From contig NIVC01001406.1 of assembly GCA_002269645.1 (NCBI GenBank), positions 62,001 through 126,000 on the forward strand: a stretch of DNA of 64,000 nt, given 5' to 3'. The notes below the pieces were generated by a model, which saw only the letters and a program-made list of their open reading frames with translations, was not told the DNA's origin and did not search any database. Every line of letters starts with the position of its first letter. Within the stretch, counting starts at the first letter, position 1. Below are positions 28,898 to 64,000 of this stretch, piece by piece. This DNA comes from Macrostomum lignano. Taxonomy: Eukaryota. A program made the translations under genes and the position numbers.

Positions 28898-30334
28898 ATG
28901 GTGTACAACTACACAAAGCCGCGCGGTCCCGTAGCCGCCATGTACAGCAGCCCGGGCCCCAAATACGGCCTGCCCGGCTTGGTGGGCCAGCCACACCACG
29001 ACCCCCGCTCCGTGCACAACCGCGGCCCCGCCTATCAATTCGGTATGCGACACGGAAAGTTCAGCGACGACTCGAGCCCTGGACCTTGCTACCTGCCCGG
29101 TGCGAGAATTTTCCGCGATGGCAAGGACGGAACTCCGCAGTACTCGCTGTACGGCCGGCCCAAGGATGGCACAATGTTCTCGGCTCCCGGACCCGGCGCC
29201 TACAAGACCGACAACACCAACAAGGAGATCTACAGCAAGGCACCGGCCTACAGCTTCGGCGTCCGCCACATGGAATTCCGCACTGACAACACCCCCGGTG
29301 AGCGTCAGAGAGCGATAGCTAGTAAATCAACAGCCACTTAGGATTTGGGAAATCTGTGGGTAACAATTCGTTGTTATACAAACTTACACGCACAATCTAC
29401 AGGACCCAACGCCTACACACCCGACCCGATGATGGGCAAGACTCTGCGCAGCGAGAAAAAATCCGCCCCAGCTGCGTCGCTGACTGGCCGCTCCAAGATT
29501 GGCGGCTTCCACGAGGATCTGCAGAAGGTGTCTTGTCTTATAATTTTTTACGATCTTTGCTTATTGTTGAAGAGAATATCAAATAATTCTTTTGTTTCTC
29601 CCGCCGCAGACGCCGGGCCCAGGCGCCTACAGCGTGACCTCGCCTGGCAAGTACAAGAACTCCCCGCCTGCCTACAGCATGACCAGCCGCAACGCCATGC
29701 CGGGTGACAGCACCACCAAGCCGGGTCCCGGAGCCCACTCACCTGAGCCGGTGAGTTATATTTGGCAGACATCAGTGGCAGATATTTCAAACAGCTGGAA
29801 TTCAAATTAGAATTAAAAGACTCAAGCGTAAATACCTCGTCGCTGAGACAACCATTGGCTAGTCTACTTTCTTTCCACACCCACTCCTTCCCTGCTCAGC
29901 CATTGGCTAGCCTGCTTGCACCCACCCCCTTCCCTGCCCAGCCATTGGCTAAGCCCGCTTGCACCCACCCCCTTCCCTACCCAGCCATTGGCTAAGCCTG
30001 CTTGCACCCACCCCCTTCCCTGCCCAGCCATTGGCTAAGCCCGCTTGCACCCACCCCCTTACCTGCCCAGCCATTGGCTAAGCCCGCTTGCACCCACCCC
30101 CTTACCTGCCCAGCCATTGGCTAGCCCGCTTGTCTGAAAATAGCCACTCGGGCGGCTTTCAGGCAGTCAAGCATTTCGATATCGTGGATAATAAAGCCGA
30201 TTGCTAAATCAAAACGCCCTCATTCTCATCTTCAGGGCTACAACTTCACCCGCAAGTCGGCCCCTAGCTGCAGCTTCGGTATTCGTCACTCGCAGTACAA
30301 GGGCGAGTCCATCACTGATGCCGATCTGGAGTGA
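28898..30334 (+). CDS. ODF3: ODF3/SHIPPO-1 (CIMAP1) family ciliary/flagellar microtubule-associated protein; exons 28898-29297, 29403-29527, 29610-29750, 30236-30334; 254 aa
   Basis: Repeated PGP-x-Y SHIPPO motifs (SPGPKY, SPGPCY, APGPGAY, TPGPNAY, TPGPGAY, KPGPGAH) followed by PAY(S/Q)FG(V/M)RH-type segments. Introns are GT-AG in phases 1, 0, 0; total 765 nt. Confidence 0.93.
29870..30130 (+). repeat. 43-bp minisatellite containing AGCCATTGGCT, ODF3 intron 3
   Basis: GCCATTGG at 29941 and 29984; about 6 copies. Confidence 0.9.
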
Positions 30335-31499
30335 TTGGACCGAAGATCTATTGTGGCTTATCCAGAGCCACAGAACAATTTTTACCTGACATATTCTCGT
30401 AAATGTTGAGAAGCAGAACTTTCAAGCAGCAACTGTGTTAGAAAGACTCTTGTGTGACTTGTCAAATTATTATCGGCTTTGCTCACTTAATATTTTGTTG
30501 ACACAAAACTTTGACCCGTTGTAAACTTGTATTGACGATTTACAGAAGCAGTAAGAGACAGAATGGATTGTTGTAACTATTAAGATAGGCCTCTAACTTC
30601 ACTATTTATTTTCTAAAAAAAAGACCCCTGACTAGAGTGCAGCCAATCTGACCTAAACTCCCTGCGAACCGCGTGTTTTCATTGTTAATTTACAAATCCA
30701 GGGGTATTATTTTGTTTCTTTCAAGCCAATATTTCTTTTCTGTGGACGTTTTGATTTCTTCTTTTAGCTACCAAACCAATTTTTCGATAGCGTAATTTAA
30801 TTGCTTTTTTCCAAGTTTCTCTGCGGAAAATGAAAACTGACGACTTTGCGGTACTGTAAAGAAGCTAGGTATTAATTATAACAAATTTATTTTCTATATT
30901 GGGTTCCAAAATACCTGCACTGCTGACCTAAGACACAAATCTAGATCTTCCCTTTACAAAAGTTTTATTATTTTCTGATTGTATTCGTTGTGATCTTTTT
31001 CCAATTTTATAGAAGTCTGCGGCGAGCGATTCTTGGAATAACATCGATTTTATTATTTTATATACTGATTCAATGCTTTCAGTGGAGCTTTTTGGTACAC
31101 AAATAGAACTGCTTTCCCCTTTTTGTTGCTTTCTGTCTCTCCGACTGTGGTATCATCTGCTTTTTTCAATTTGCGCTCGTCTCTTTATTGTTTACTTGGC
31201 TGTTCTCAATTCTCTCAAAATAAAGTACAAAACTGACTTTAATTTCCCAAATTCTGTTGTCCGCTTCCAAAATATTGATAAATAGGGTTATTTTTCACAG
31301 TCTGCTAGCGCTGATTCTTATCTTCTATGTTCCAACTGGAGAAATACACACGCGCACAGCTTGGGAATTTTGGACAGATCTGTGAGCAAATTATCTGAAC
31401 AATCTTGGACTTTAGCAGAGAAAAAATGATAGTTATTAAAGAGTTTTAAGATTTTTATATTTCTTAATCACTGACTGTATTTATGTATTAATGTATTAA

Positions 31500-32320
31500 C
31501 GTGCCTGTCTCAGTGTGCCTTGGTGCCTATCTCAGTGTGTCTTTGTGCCTGTCTCAGTGTGTCTTTGTGCCTGTCTCAGTGTGCCTTGGTGCCTATCTCA
31601 GTGTGTCTTTGTGCCTGTCTCAGTGTGTCTTTGTGCCTGTCTCAGTGTGCCTTGGTGCCTATCTCAGTGTGTCTTTGTGCCTGTCTCAGTGTGTCTTTGT
31701 GCCTGTCTCAATGTGTCTTTGTGCCTGTCTCAGTGTGTCTTTGTGCCTGTCTCAGTGTGTCTTTGTGCCTGTCTCAATGTGTCTTGGTGCCTATCTCAGT
31801 GTGTCTTTGTGCCTGTCTCAGTGTGTCTTGGTGCCTGTCTCAGTGTGTCTTGTTGCCTATCTCAGTGTGTCTTGGTGCCTGTCTCAGTGTGTCTTGGTGC
31901 CTGTCTCAGTGTGTCTTTGTGCCTGTCTCAATGTGTCTTTGTGCCTGTCTCAATGTGTCTTGGTGCCTGTCTCAGTGTGTCTTTGTGCCTATCTCAGTGT
32001 GTCTTTGTGCCTGTCTCAATGTGTCTTGGTGCCTGTCTCAGTGTGTCTTTGTGCCTGTCTCAGTGTGTCTTGGTGCCTGTCTCAGTGTGTCTTGTTGCCT
32101 ATCTCAGTGTGTCTTGGTGCCTGTCTCAGTGTGTCTTGGTGCCTGTCTCAGTGTGTCTTTGTGCCTGTCTCAGTGTGTCTTTGTGCCTGTCTCAGTGTGT
32201 CTTGGTGCCTGTCTCAGTGTGTCTTTGTGCCTGTCTCAATGTGTCTTTGTGCCTGTCTCAGTGTGTCTTTGTGCCTGTCTCAGTGTGTCTTGGTGCCTGT
32301 CTCAGTGTGTCTTGGTGTCT
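31500..32320 (+). repeat. 22-bp minisatellite (GTGCCTGTCTCAGTGTGTCTTT/TGG)n
   Basis: Period 22; explains the Cys/Val/Leu ORFs in three frames. Confidence 0.95.
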
Positions 32321-32772
32321 GAAATTGTCAATGCTCAAGAGGGGTTGCTGAGAAGTGAGAACCAAGCTGTGTTGTCTGATTCCCTAACAACTTAACTTAA
32401 CAAAAATTTATGACACCGTGATATTAAAAAGATATTTTTGTGTTTCAAGTGTCGCGTGTTAGTTTATGCTACTAATAGTAGACGCCAAAGAAAGGTGAAG
32501 CGATATAACTAAGGACATTGAATCAATTGGCAATTGGTTTAAGCAAATCATGAAGGCTGATTTGTCTGCTCTTGGCCAGCCAATATGAGTTGGAGATGAT
32601 AAACCCTATGAAAATTGGAATATTTCATAAGGAACTGAACTCTAGCATCGAGCATTAAGAGAGACGCCCTTAAGCAGAACCGTCATAGGTTTACATACAT
32701 ATAGCTCTGAAATGCCCCTAAGCCAAGTTATTGACGTAAACCAGAGATTTTTATAAGCCCAGCAACGGGAGC

Positions 32773-57873
<25,101 letters not shown>

Positions 57874-58055
57874 GGCGGCTCTAGCATTATTCTTCGATGC
57901 TGTCAAAAAGTCTTTCCCGCCCGTGTGGTTAACTGATATTTTGTACCTGGAATGTTTTGCCCACTTTGGATTTTTAAAACCATTTTAAAAGTTTGTTTGT
58001 TTTGCTTCTCCTGATGTTTGCCGCCGTTCATTTCCCTCCATCCTGGTTTGACTTC

Positions 58056-58650
58056 TTGAAGCTTATCCTCCCCTGTCTACCACACCTCCCTACCACACCT
58101 CCCTACCACACCTCCCTACCACACCTCCCTACCACACCTCCCTACCACACCTCCCTACCACACCTCCCTACCACACCTCCCTACCACACCTCCCTACCAC
58201 ACCTCCCTACCACACCTCCCTACCACACTTCCCTACCACACCTCCCTACCACACTTCCCTACCACATCTCCCTACCACACTTCCCTACCACATCTCCCTA
58301 CCACACTTCCCTACCACATCTCCCTACCACACCTCCCTACCACACTTCCCTACCACACCTCCCTACCACACCTCCCTACCACACTTCCCTACCACATCTC
58401 CCTACCACACTTCCCTACCACATCTCCCTACCACACTTCCCTACCACACCTCCCTACCACATCTCCCTACCACACCTCCCTACCACACTTCCCTACCACA
58501 TCTCCCTACCACACTTCCCTACCACATCTCCCTACCACACTTCCCTACCACACCTCCCTACCACACCTCCCTACCACACCTCCCTACCACACCTCCCAAC
58601 ACACCTCCCTACCACACCTCTCCACCACACCTCTACCACACCTCTCTCTA
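58056..58650 (+). repeat. 13-bp minisatellite (CTACCACACCTCC)n, copy 1 (ephrin 3' UTR region)
   Basis: Directly visible. Confidence 0.94.
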
Positions 58651-59075
58651 CGCTAGCCCTCCACTCTCTTTTCCGCTCTGCTTCAATATTTCACTGTAGA
58701 ACACGCTCGGAAAGCTACGAAATGAATCTGTTTAACACTGAGACGAAACCGAAATTGCCTGTACAGCGAATTGAGCATCTTTTTAGATTTTGTTTCATTC
58801 GTTCTAGAGTAGAATTGTTGGCTCTCTACTTACCAACTATCCCTAAAATTTGTAATGTGCGCTAATTGTTGTAAATATTATTTATACGCAAAATATAAAA
58901 GATTCAAAAAATGAATTTTTTTCATCGATTAAACAAATATACATTGTATGTTTTTATATTGACTGTGCTTTCAAATCTCTTTGACTCAGTGTTCATCATC
59001 CAAAATGTACGCAATGCACACTTGCTCAACCTGGGTACCATAGCGTTTAGATTTCCAAATTCTCCAATATCAATA

Positions 59076-60023
59076 GCTTATCAATAAAGGAATAGAATGG
59101 ATTGCTAGTCTAGCTAGTCTAGCTTATCAATACAGGAATAGAATGGATTGCTAGTCTAGCTAGTCTAGCTTATCAATACAGGAATAGAATGGATTGCTAG
59201 TCTAGCTAGTCTAGCTTATCAATACAGGAATAGAATGGATTGCTAGTCTGGCTTATCAATACAGGAATAGAATGGATTGCTAGTCTAGCTTATCAATACA
59301 GGAATAGAATGGATTGCTAGTTTAGCTTATCAATACAGGAATAGAATGGATTGCTAGTCTGGCTTATCAATACAGGAATAGAATGGATTGCTAGTCTGGC
59401 TTATCAATACAGGAATAGAATGGATTGCTAGTCTGGCTTATCAATACAGGAATAGAATGGATTGCTAGTCTAGCTTATCAATACAGGAATAGAATGGATT
59501 GCTAGTCTGGCTTATCAATACAGAAATAGAATGGATTGCTAGTCTAGCTTATCAATACAGGAATAGAATGGATTGCTAGTCTGGCTTATCAATACAGGAA
59601 TAGAATGGATTGCTAGTCTGGCTTATCAATACAGGAATAGAATGGATTGCTAGTCTGGCTTATCAATACAGGAATAGAATGGATTGCTAGTCTGGCTTAT
59701 CAATACAGGAATAGAATGGATTGCTAGTCTAGCTTATCAATACAGGAATAGAATGGATTGCTAGTCTAGCTTATCAATACAGGAATAGAATGGACTGCTA
59801 GTCTGGCTTATCAATACAGGAATAGAATGGATTGCTAGTCTGGCTTATCAATACAGGAATAGAATGGATTGCTAGTCTGGCTTATCAATACAGGAATAGA
59901 ATGGATTGCTAGTCTGGCTTATCAATACAGGAATAGAATGGACTGCTAGTCTAGCTTATCAATACAGGAATAGAATGGACTGCTAGTCTGGCTTATCAAT
60001 ACAGGAATAGAATGGACTGCTAG
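59076..60023 (+). repeat. 37-bp satellite, block 2
   Basis: Same unit as 57062-57699. Confidence 0.96.
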
Positions 60024-60060
60024 CCCAACACCATTCCAACCCCAACTGCTCAATCAACAG

Positions 60061-60197
60061 ACAAGGACCGCAGGCGTTACCAGCAGCAGCTCAGCCTCAT
60101 CACTGGGAGCTCAGTCAGCGCAGGCAACTCAGCTTTAATAGTCAGCCTCACTGTGTGCTCAGCCCTGCTCAAAGGCCTGCTTATCGCACTAGCATGA
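60061..60197 (+). CDS. EFN: Duplicate ephrin terminal (GPI-signal) exon, copy 2
   Basis: Identical by eye to 57737-57873, including the CAACAG acceptor and TGA. Use in transcripts is unknown. Confidence 0.55.
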
Positions 60198-60379
60198 GGC
60201 GGCTCTAGCATTATTCTTCGATGCTGTCAAAAAGTCTTTCCCGCCCGTGTGGTTAACTGATATTTTGTACCTGGAATGTTTTGCCCACTTTGGATTTTTA
60301 AAACCATTTTAAAAGTTTGTTTGTTTTGCTTCTCCTGATGTTTGCCGCCGTTCATTTCCCTCCATCCTGGTTTGACTTC

Positions 60380-61180
60380 TTGAAGCTTATCCTCCCCTGT
60401 CTACCACACCTCCCTACCACACCTCCCTACCACACCTCCCTACCACACCTCTCTACCACAACTCTCTACCACACCTCCCTACCACACCTCCCTACCACAC
60501 CTCCCTACCACACCTCCCTACCACACCTCCCTACCACACCTCCCTACCACACCTCCCTACCACACCTCCCTACCACACCTCCCTACCACACCTCCCTACC
60601 ACACCTCCCTACCACACCTCCCTACCACACCTCCCTACCACACCTCCCTACCACACCTCCCTACCACACCTCCCTACCACACCTCCCTACCACACCTCCC
60701 TACCACACCTCCCTACCACACCTCCCTACCACACCTCCCTACCACACCTCCCTACCACACCTCCCTACCACACCTCCCTACCACACCTCCCTACCACATC
60801 TCCCTACCACACTTCCCTACCACATCTCCCTACCACACCTCCCTACCACACTTCCCTACCACACCTCCCAACACACCTCCCTACCACACTTCCCTACCAC
60901 ATCTCCCTACCACACTTCCCTACCACATCTCCCTACCACACTTCCCTACCACACCTCCCTACCACACCTCCCTACCACACTTCCCTACCACACCTCCCTA
61001 CCACACCTCCCTACCACACCTCCCTACCACACCTCCCAACACACCTCCCTACCACACCTCCCTACCACACCTCCCTACCACACCTCCCAACACACCTCCC
61101 TACCACACCTCCCTACCACACCTCCCAACACACCTCCCTACCACACCTCTCCACCACACCTCTACCACACCTCTCTCTAC
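60380..61180 (+). repeat. 13-bp minisatellite (CTACCACACCTCC)n, copy 2 (longer)
   Basis: Directly visible. Confidence 0.94.
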
Positions 61181-61605
61181 GCTAGCCCTCCACTCTCTTT
61201 TCCGCTCTGCTTCAATATTTCACTGTAGAACACGCTCGGAAAGCTACGAAATGAATCTGTTTAACACTGAGACGAAACCGAAATTGCCTGTACAGCGAAT
61301 TGAGCATCTTTTTAGATTTTGTTTCATTCGTTCTAGAGTAGAATTGTTGGCTCTCTACTTACCAACTATCCCTAAAATTTGTAATGTGCGCTAATTGTTG
61401 TAAATATTATTTATACGCAAAATATAAAAGATTCAAAAAATGAATTTTTTTCATCGATTAAACAAATATACATTGTATGTTTTTATATTGACTGTGCTTT
61501 CAAATCTCTTTGACTCAGTGTTCATCATCCAAAATGTACGCAATGCGCACTTGCTCAACCTGGGTACCTTAGCGTTTAGATTTCCAAATTCTCCAATATC
61601 AATAG

Positions 61606-63438
61606 CTTATCAATACAGGAATAGAATGGATTGCTAGTCTAGCTAGTCTAGCTTATCAATACAGGAATAGAATGGATTGCTAGTCTAGCTAGTCTAGCTT
61701 ATCAATACAGGAATAGAATGGATTGCTAGTCTAGCTAGTCTAGCTTATCAATACAGGAATAGAATGGATTGCTAGTCTAGCTAGTCTAGCTTATCAATAC
61801 AGGAATAGAATGGATTGCTAGTCTAGCTAGTCTAGCTTATCAATACAGGAATAGAATGGATTGCTAGTCTAGCTAGTCTAGCTTATCAATACAGGAATAG
61901 AATGGATTGCTAGTCTGGCTTATCAATACAGGAATAGAATGGATTGCTAGTCTATCTTATCAATACAGGAATAGAATGGATTGCTAGTCTATCTTATCAA
62001 TACAGGAATAGAATGGATTGCTAGTCTGGCTTATCAATACCGGAATAGAATGGATTGCTAGTCTGGCTTATCAATACAGGAATAGAATGGATTGCTAGTC
62101 TAGCTAGTCTAGCTTATCAATACAGGAATAGAATGGATTGCTAGTCTGGCTTATCAATACAGGAATAGAATGGATTGCTAGTCTATCTTATCAATACAGG
62201 AATAGAATGGATTGCTAGTCTATCTTATCAATACAGGAATAGAATGGATTGCTAGTCTATCTTATCAATACAGGAATAGAATGGATTGCTAGTCTAGCTT
62301 ATCAATACAGGAATAGAATGGACTGCTAGTCTGGCTTATCAATACCGGAATAGAATGGATTGCTAGTCTGGCTTATCAATACAGGAATAGAATGGATTGC
62401 TAGTCTAGCTAGTCTAGCTTATCAATACAGGAATAGAATGGATTGCTAGTCTGGCTTATCAATACAGGAATAGAATGGATTGCTAGTCTATCTTATCAAT
62501 ACAGGAATAGAATGGATTGCTAGTCTATCTTATCAATACAGGAATAGAATGGATTGCTAGTCTATCTTATCAATACAGGAATAGAATGGATTGCTAGTCT
62601 AGCTTATCAATACAGGAATAGAATGGACTGCTAGTCTGGCTTATCAATACCGGAATAGAACGGATTGCTAGTCTAGCTTATCAATACAGGAATAGAATGG
62701 ATTGCTAGTCTAGCTTATCAATACAGGAATAGAATGGATTGCTAGTCTGGCTTATCAATACCGGTATAGAATGGATTGCTAGTCTGGCTTATCAATACAG
62801 GAATAGAATGGATTGCTAGTCTGGCTTATCAATACCGGAATAGAATGGATTGCTAGTCTGGCTTATCAATACAGGAATAGAATGGATTGCTAGTCTGGCT
62901 TATCAATACCGGAATAGAATGGATTGCTAGTCTGGCTTATCAATACAGGAATAGAATGGATTGCTAGTCTGGCTTATCAATACAGGAATAGAATGGATTG
63001 CTAGTCTGGCTTATCAATACCGGAATAGAATGGATTGCTAGTCTGGCTTATCAATACAGGAATAGAATGGATTGCTAGTCTGGCTTATCAATACAGGAAT
63101 AGAATGGATTGCTAGTCTGGCTTATCAATACAGGAATAGAATGGATTGCTAGTCTGGCTTATCAATACAGGAATAGAATGGATTGCTAGTCTGGCTTATC
63201 AATACAGGAATAGAATGGATTGCTAGTCTGGCTTATCAATACAGGAATAGAATGGATTGCTAGTCTGGCTTATCAATACCGGAATAGAATGGATTGCTAG
63301 TCTGGCTTATCAATACAGGAATAGAATGGATTGCTAGTCTGGCTTATCAATACCGGAATAGAATGGATTGCTAGTCTAGCTTATCAATACAGGAATAGAA
63401 TGGATTGCTAGTCTGGCTTATCAATACAGGAATAGAAC
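61606..63438 (+). repeat. 37-bp satellite, block 3
   Basis: Same unit, with TCTATCTTAT and ATACCGG variants. Confidence 0.96.
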
Positions 63439-63464
63439 GAATGCTCTCTTTTCTCTCTACTCTC

Positions 63465-64000
63465 CTCTTTACCACACCTCTCTACCATCCCCTCTCTACC
63501 ACACCTCTCTACCACAACTCTCTACCACACCTCTCTACCACAACTCTCTACCACAACTCTCTACCACACCTCTCTACCACAACTCTCTACCACACCTCTC
63601 TACCATCCCCTCTCTACCATCCCCTCTCTACCACACCTCTCTACCACACCTCTCTACCACACCTCTCTACCATCCCCTCTCTACCACACCTCTCTACCAC
63701 ACCTCTCTACCACAACTCTCTACCACACCTCTCTACCACACCTCTCTACCACACCTCTCTACCATCCCCTCTCTACCATCCCCTCTCTACCACACCTCTC
63801 TACCACAACTCTCTACCACACCTCTCTACCACAACTCTCTACCACAACTCTCTACCACACCTCTCTACCACACCTCTCTACCACACCTCTCTACCATCCC
63901 CTCTCTACCACACCTCTCTACCACACCTCTCTACCACAACTCTCTACCACACCTCTCTACCACAACTCTCTACCACACCTCTCTACCACACTTCTCTACC
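63465..64000 (+). repeat. 13-bp minisatellite variant (CTACCACACCTCT)n, running off the window end
   Basis: Directly visible; CTCTCTAC variant of the 58/60-kb arrays. Confidence 0.93.

Noticed and set aside
57993-61228. ORFs 57993-58865 and 60317-61228 (hydrophobic start + PHLPTT repeats)
   Set aside because: TTG starts, located in the duplicated ephrin 3' UTR region, and dominated by the 13-bp array.

Overview
Eukaryotic (animal) genomic DNA: GC-rich exons sit in introns largely filled by locally amplified minisatellites. The style resembles a free-living flatworm such as Macrostomum, but that is inference and cannot be proven from this window. Five spliced genes were reconstructed by hand with GT-AG junctions and consistent phases. 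(1) PPEF/rdgC phosphatase with IQ motif and EF-hands (+, 1705-4620, 3 exons, 665 aa). (2) An uncharacterised MGCG-start protein with a degenerate CAP/SCP-like domain (+, 11000-14552, 3 exons, 399 aa), preceded by two RFX X-box matches. (3) An OSBPL10/11-type PH + ORD lipid-transfer protein (-, 24751-15972, 9 exons). (4) An ODF3/SHIPPO-repeat ciliary protein (+, 28898-30334, 4 exons, 254 aa). (5) An ephrin that the ORF track misses entirely (+, 32773-57873, 6 small exons over 25 kb, 235 aa), with a GPI-signal terminal exon that is duplicated at 60061-60197. Also present are a 274-bp non-autonomous DNA transposon with 14-bp TIRs and an 8-bp TSD, more than 30 tandem arrays (several clearly related across tens of kb), and a ~2.3-2.5 kb tandem duplication. 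Almost all long ORFs in the supplied track are repeat-derived artefacts. No rRNA, complete tRNA or CRISPR array was found.
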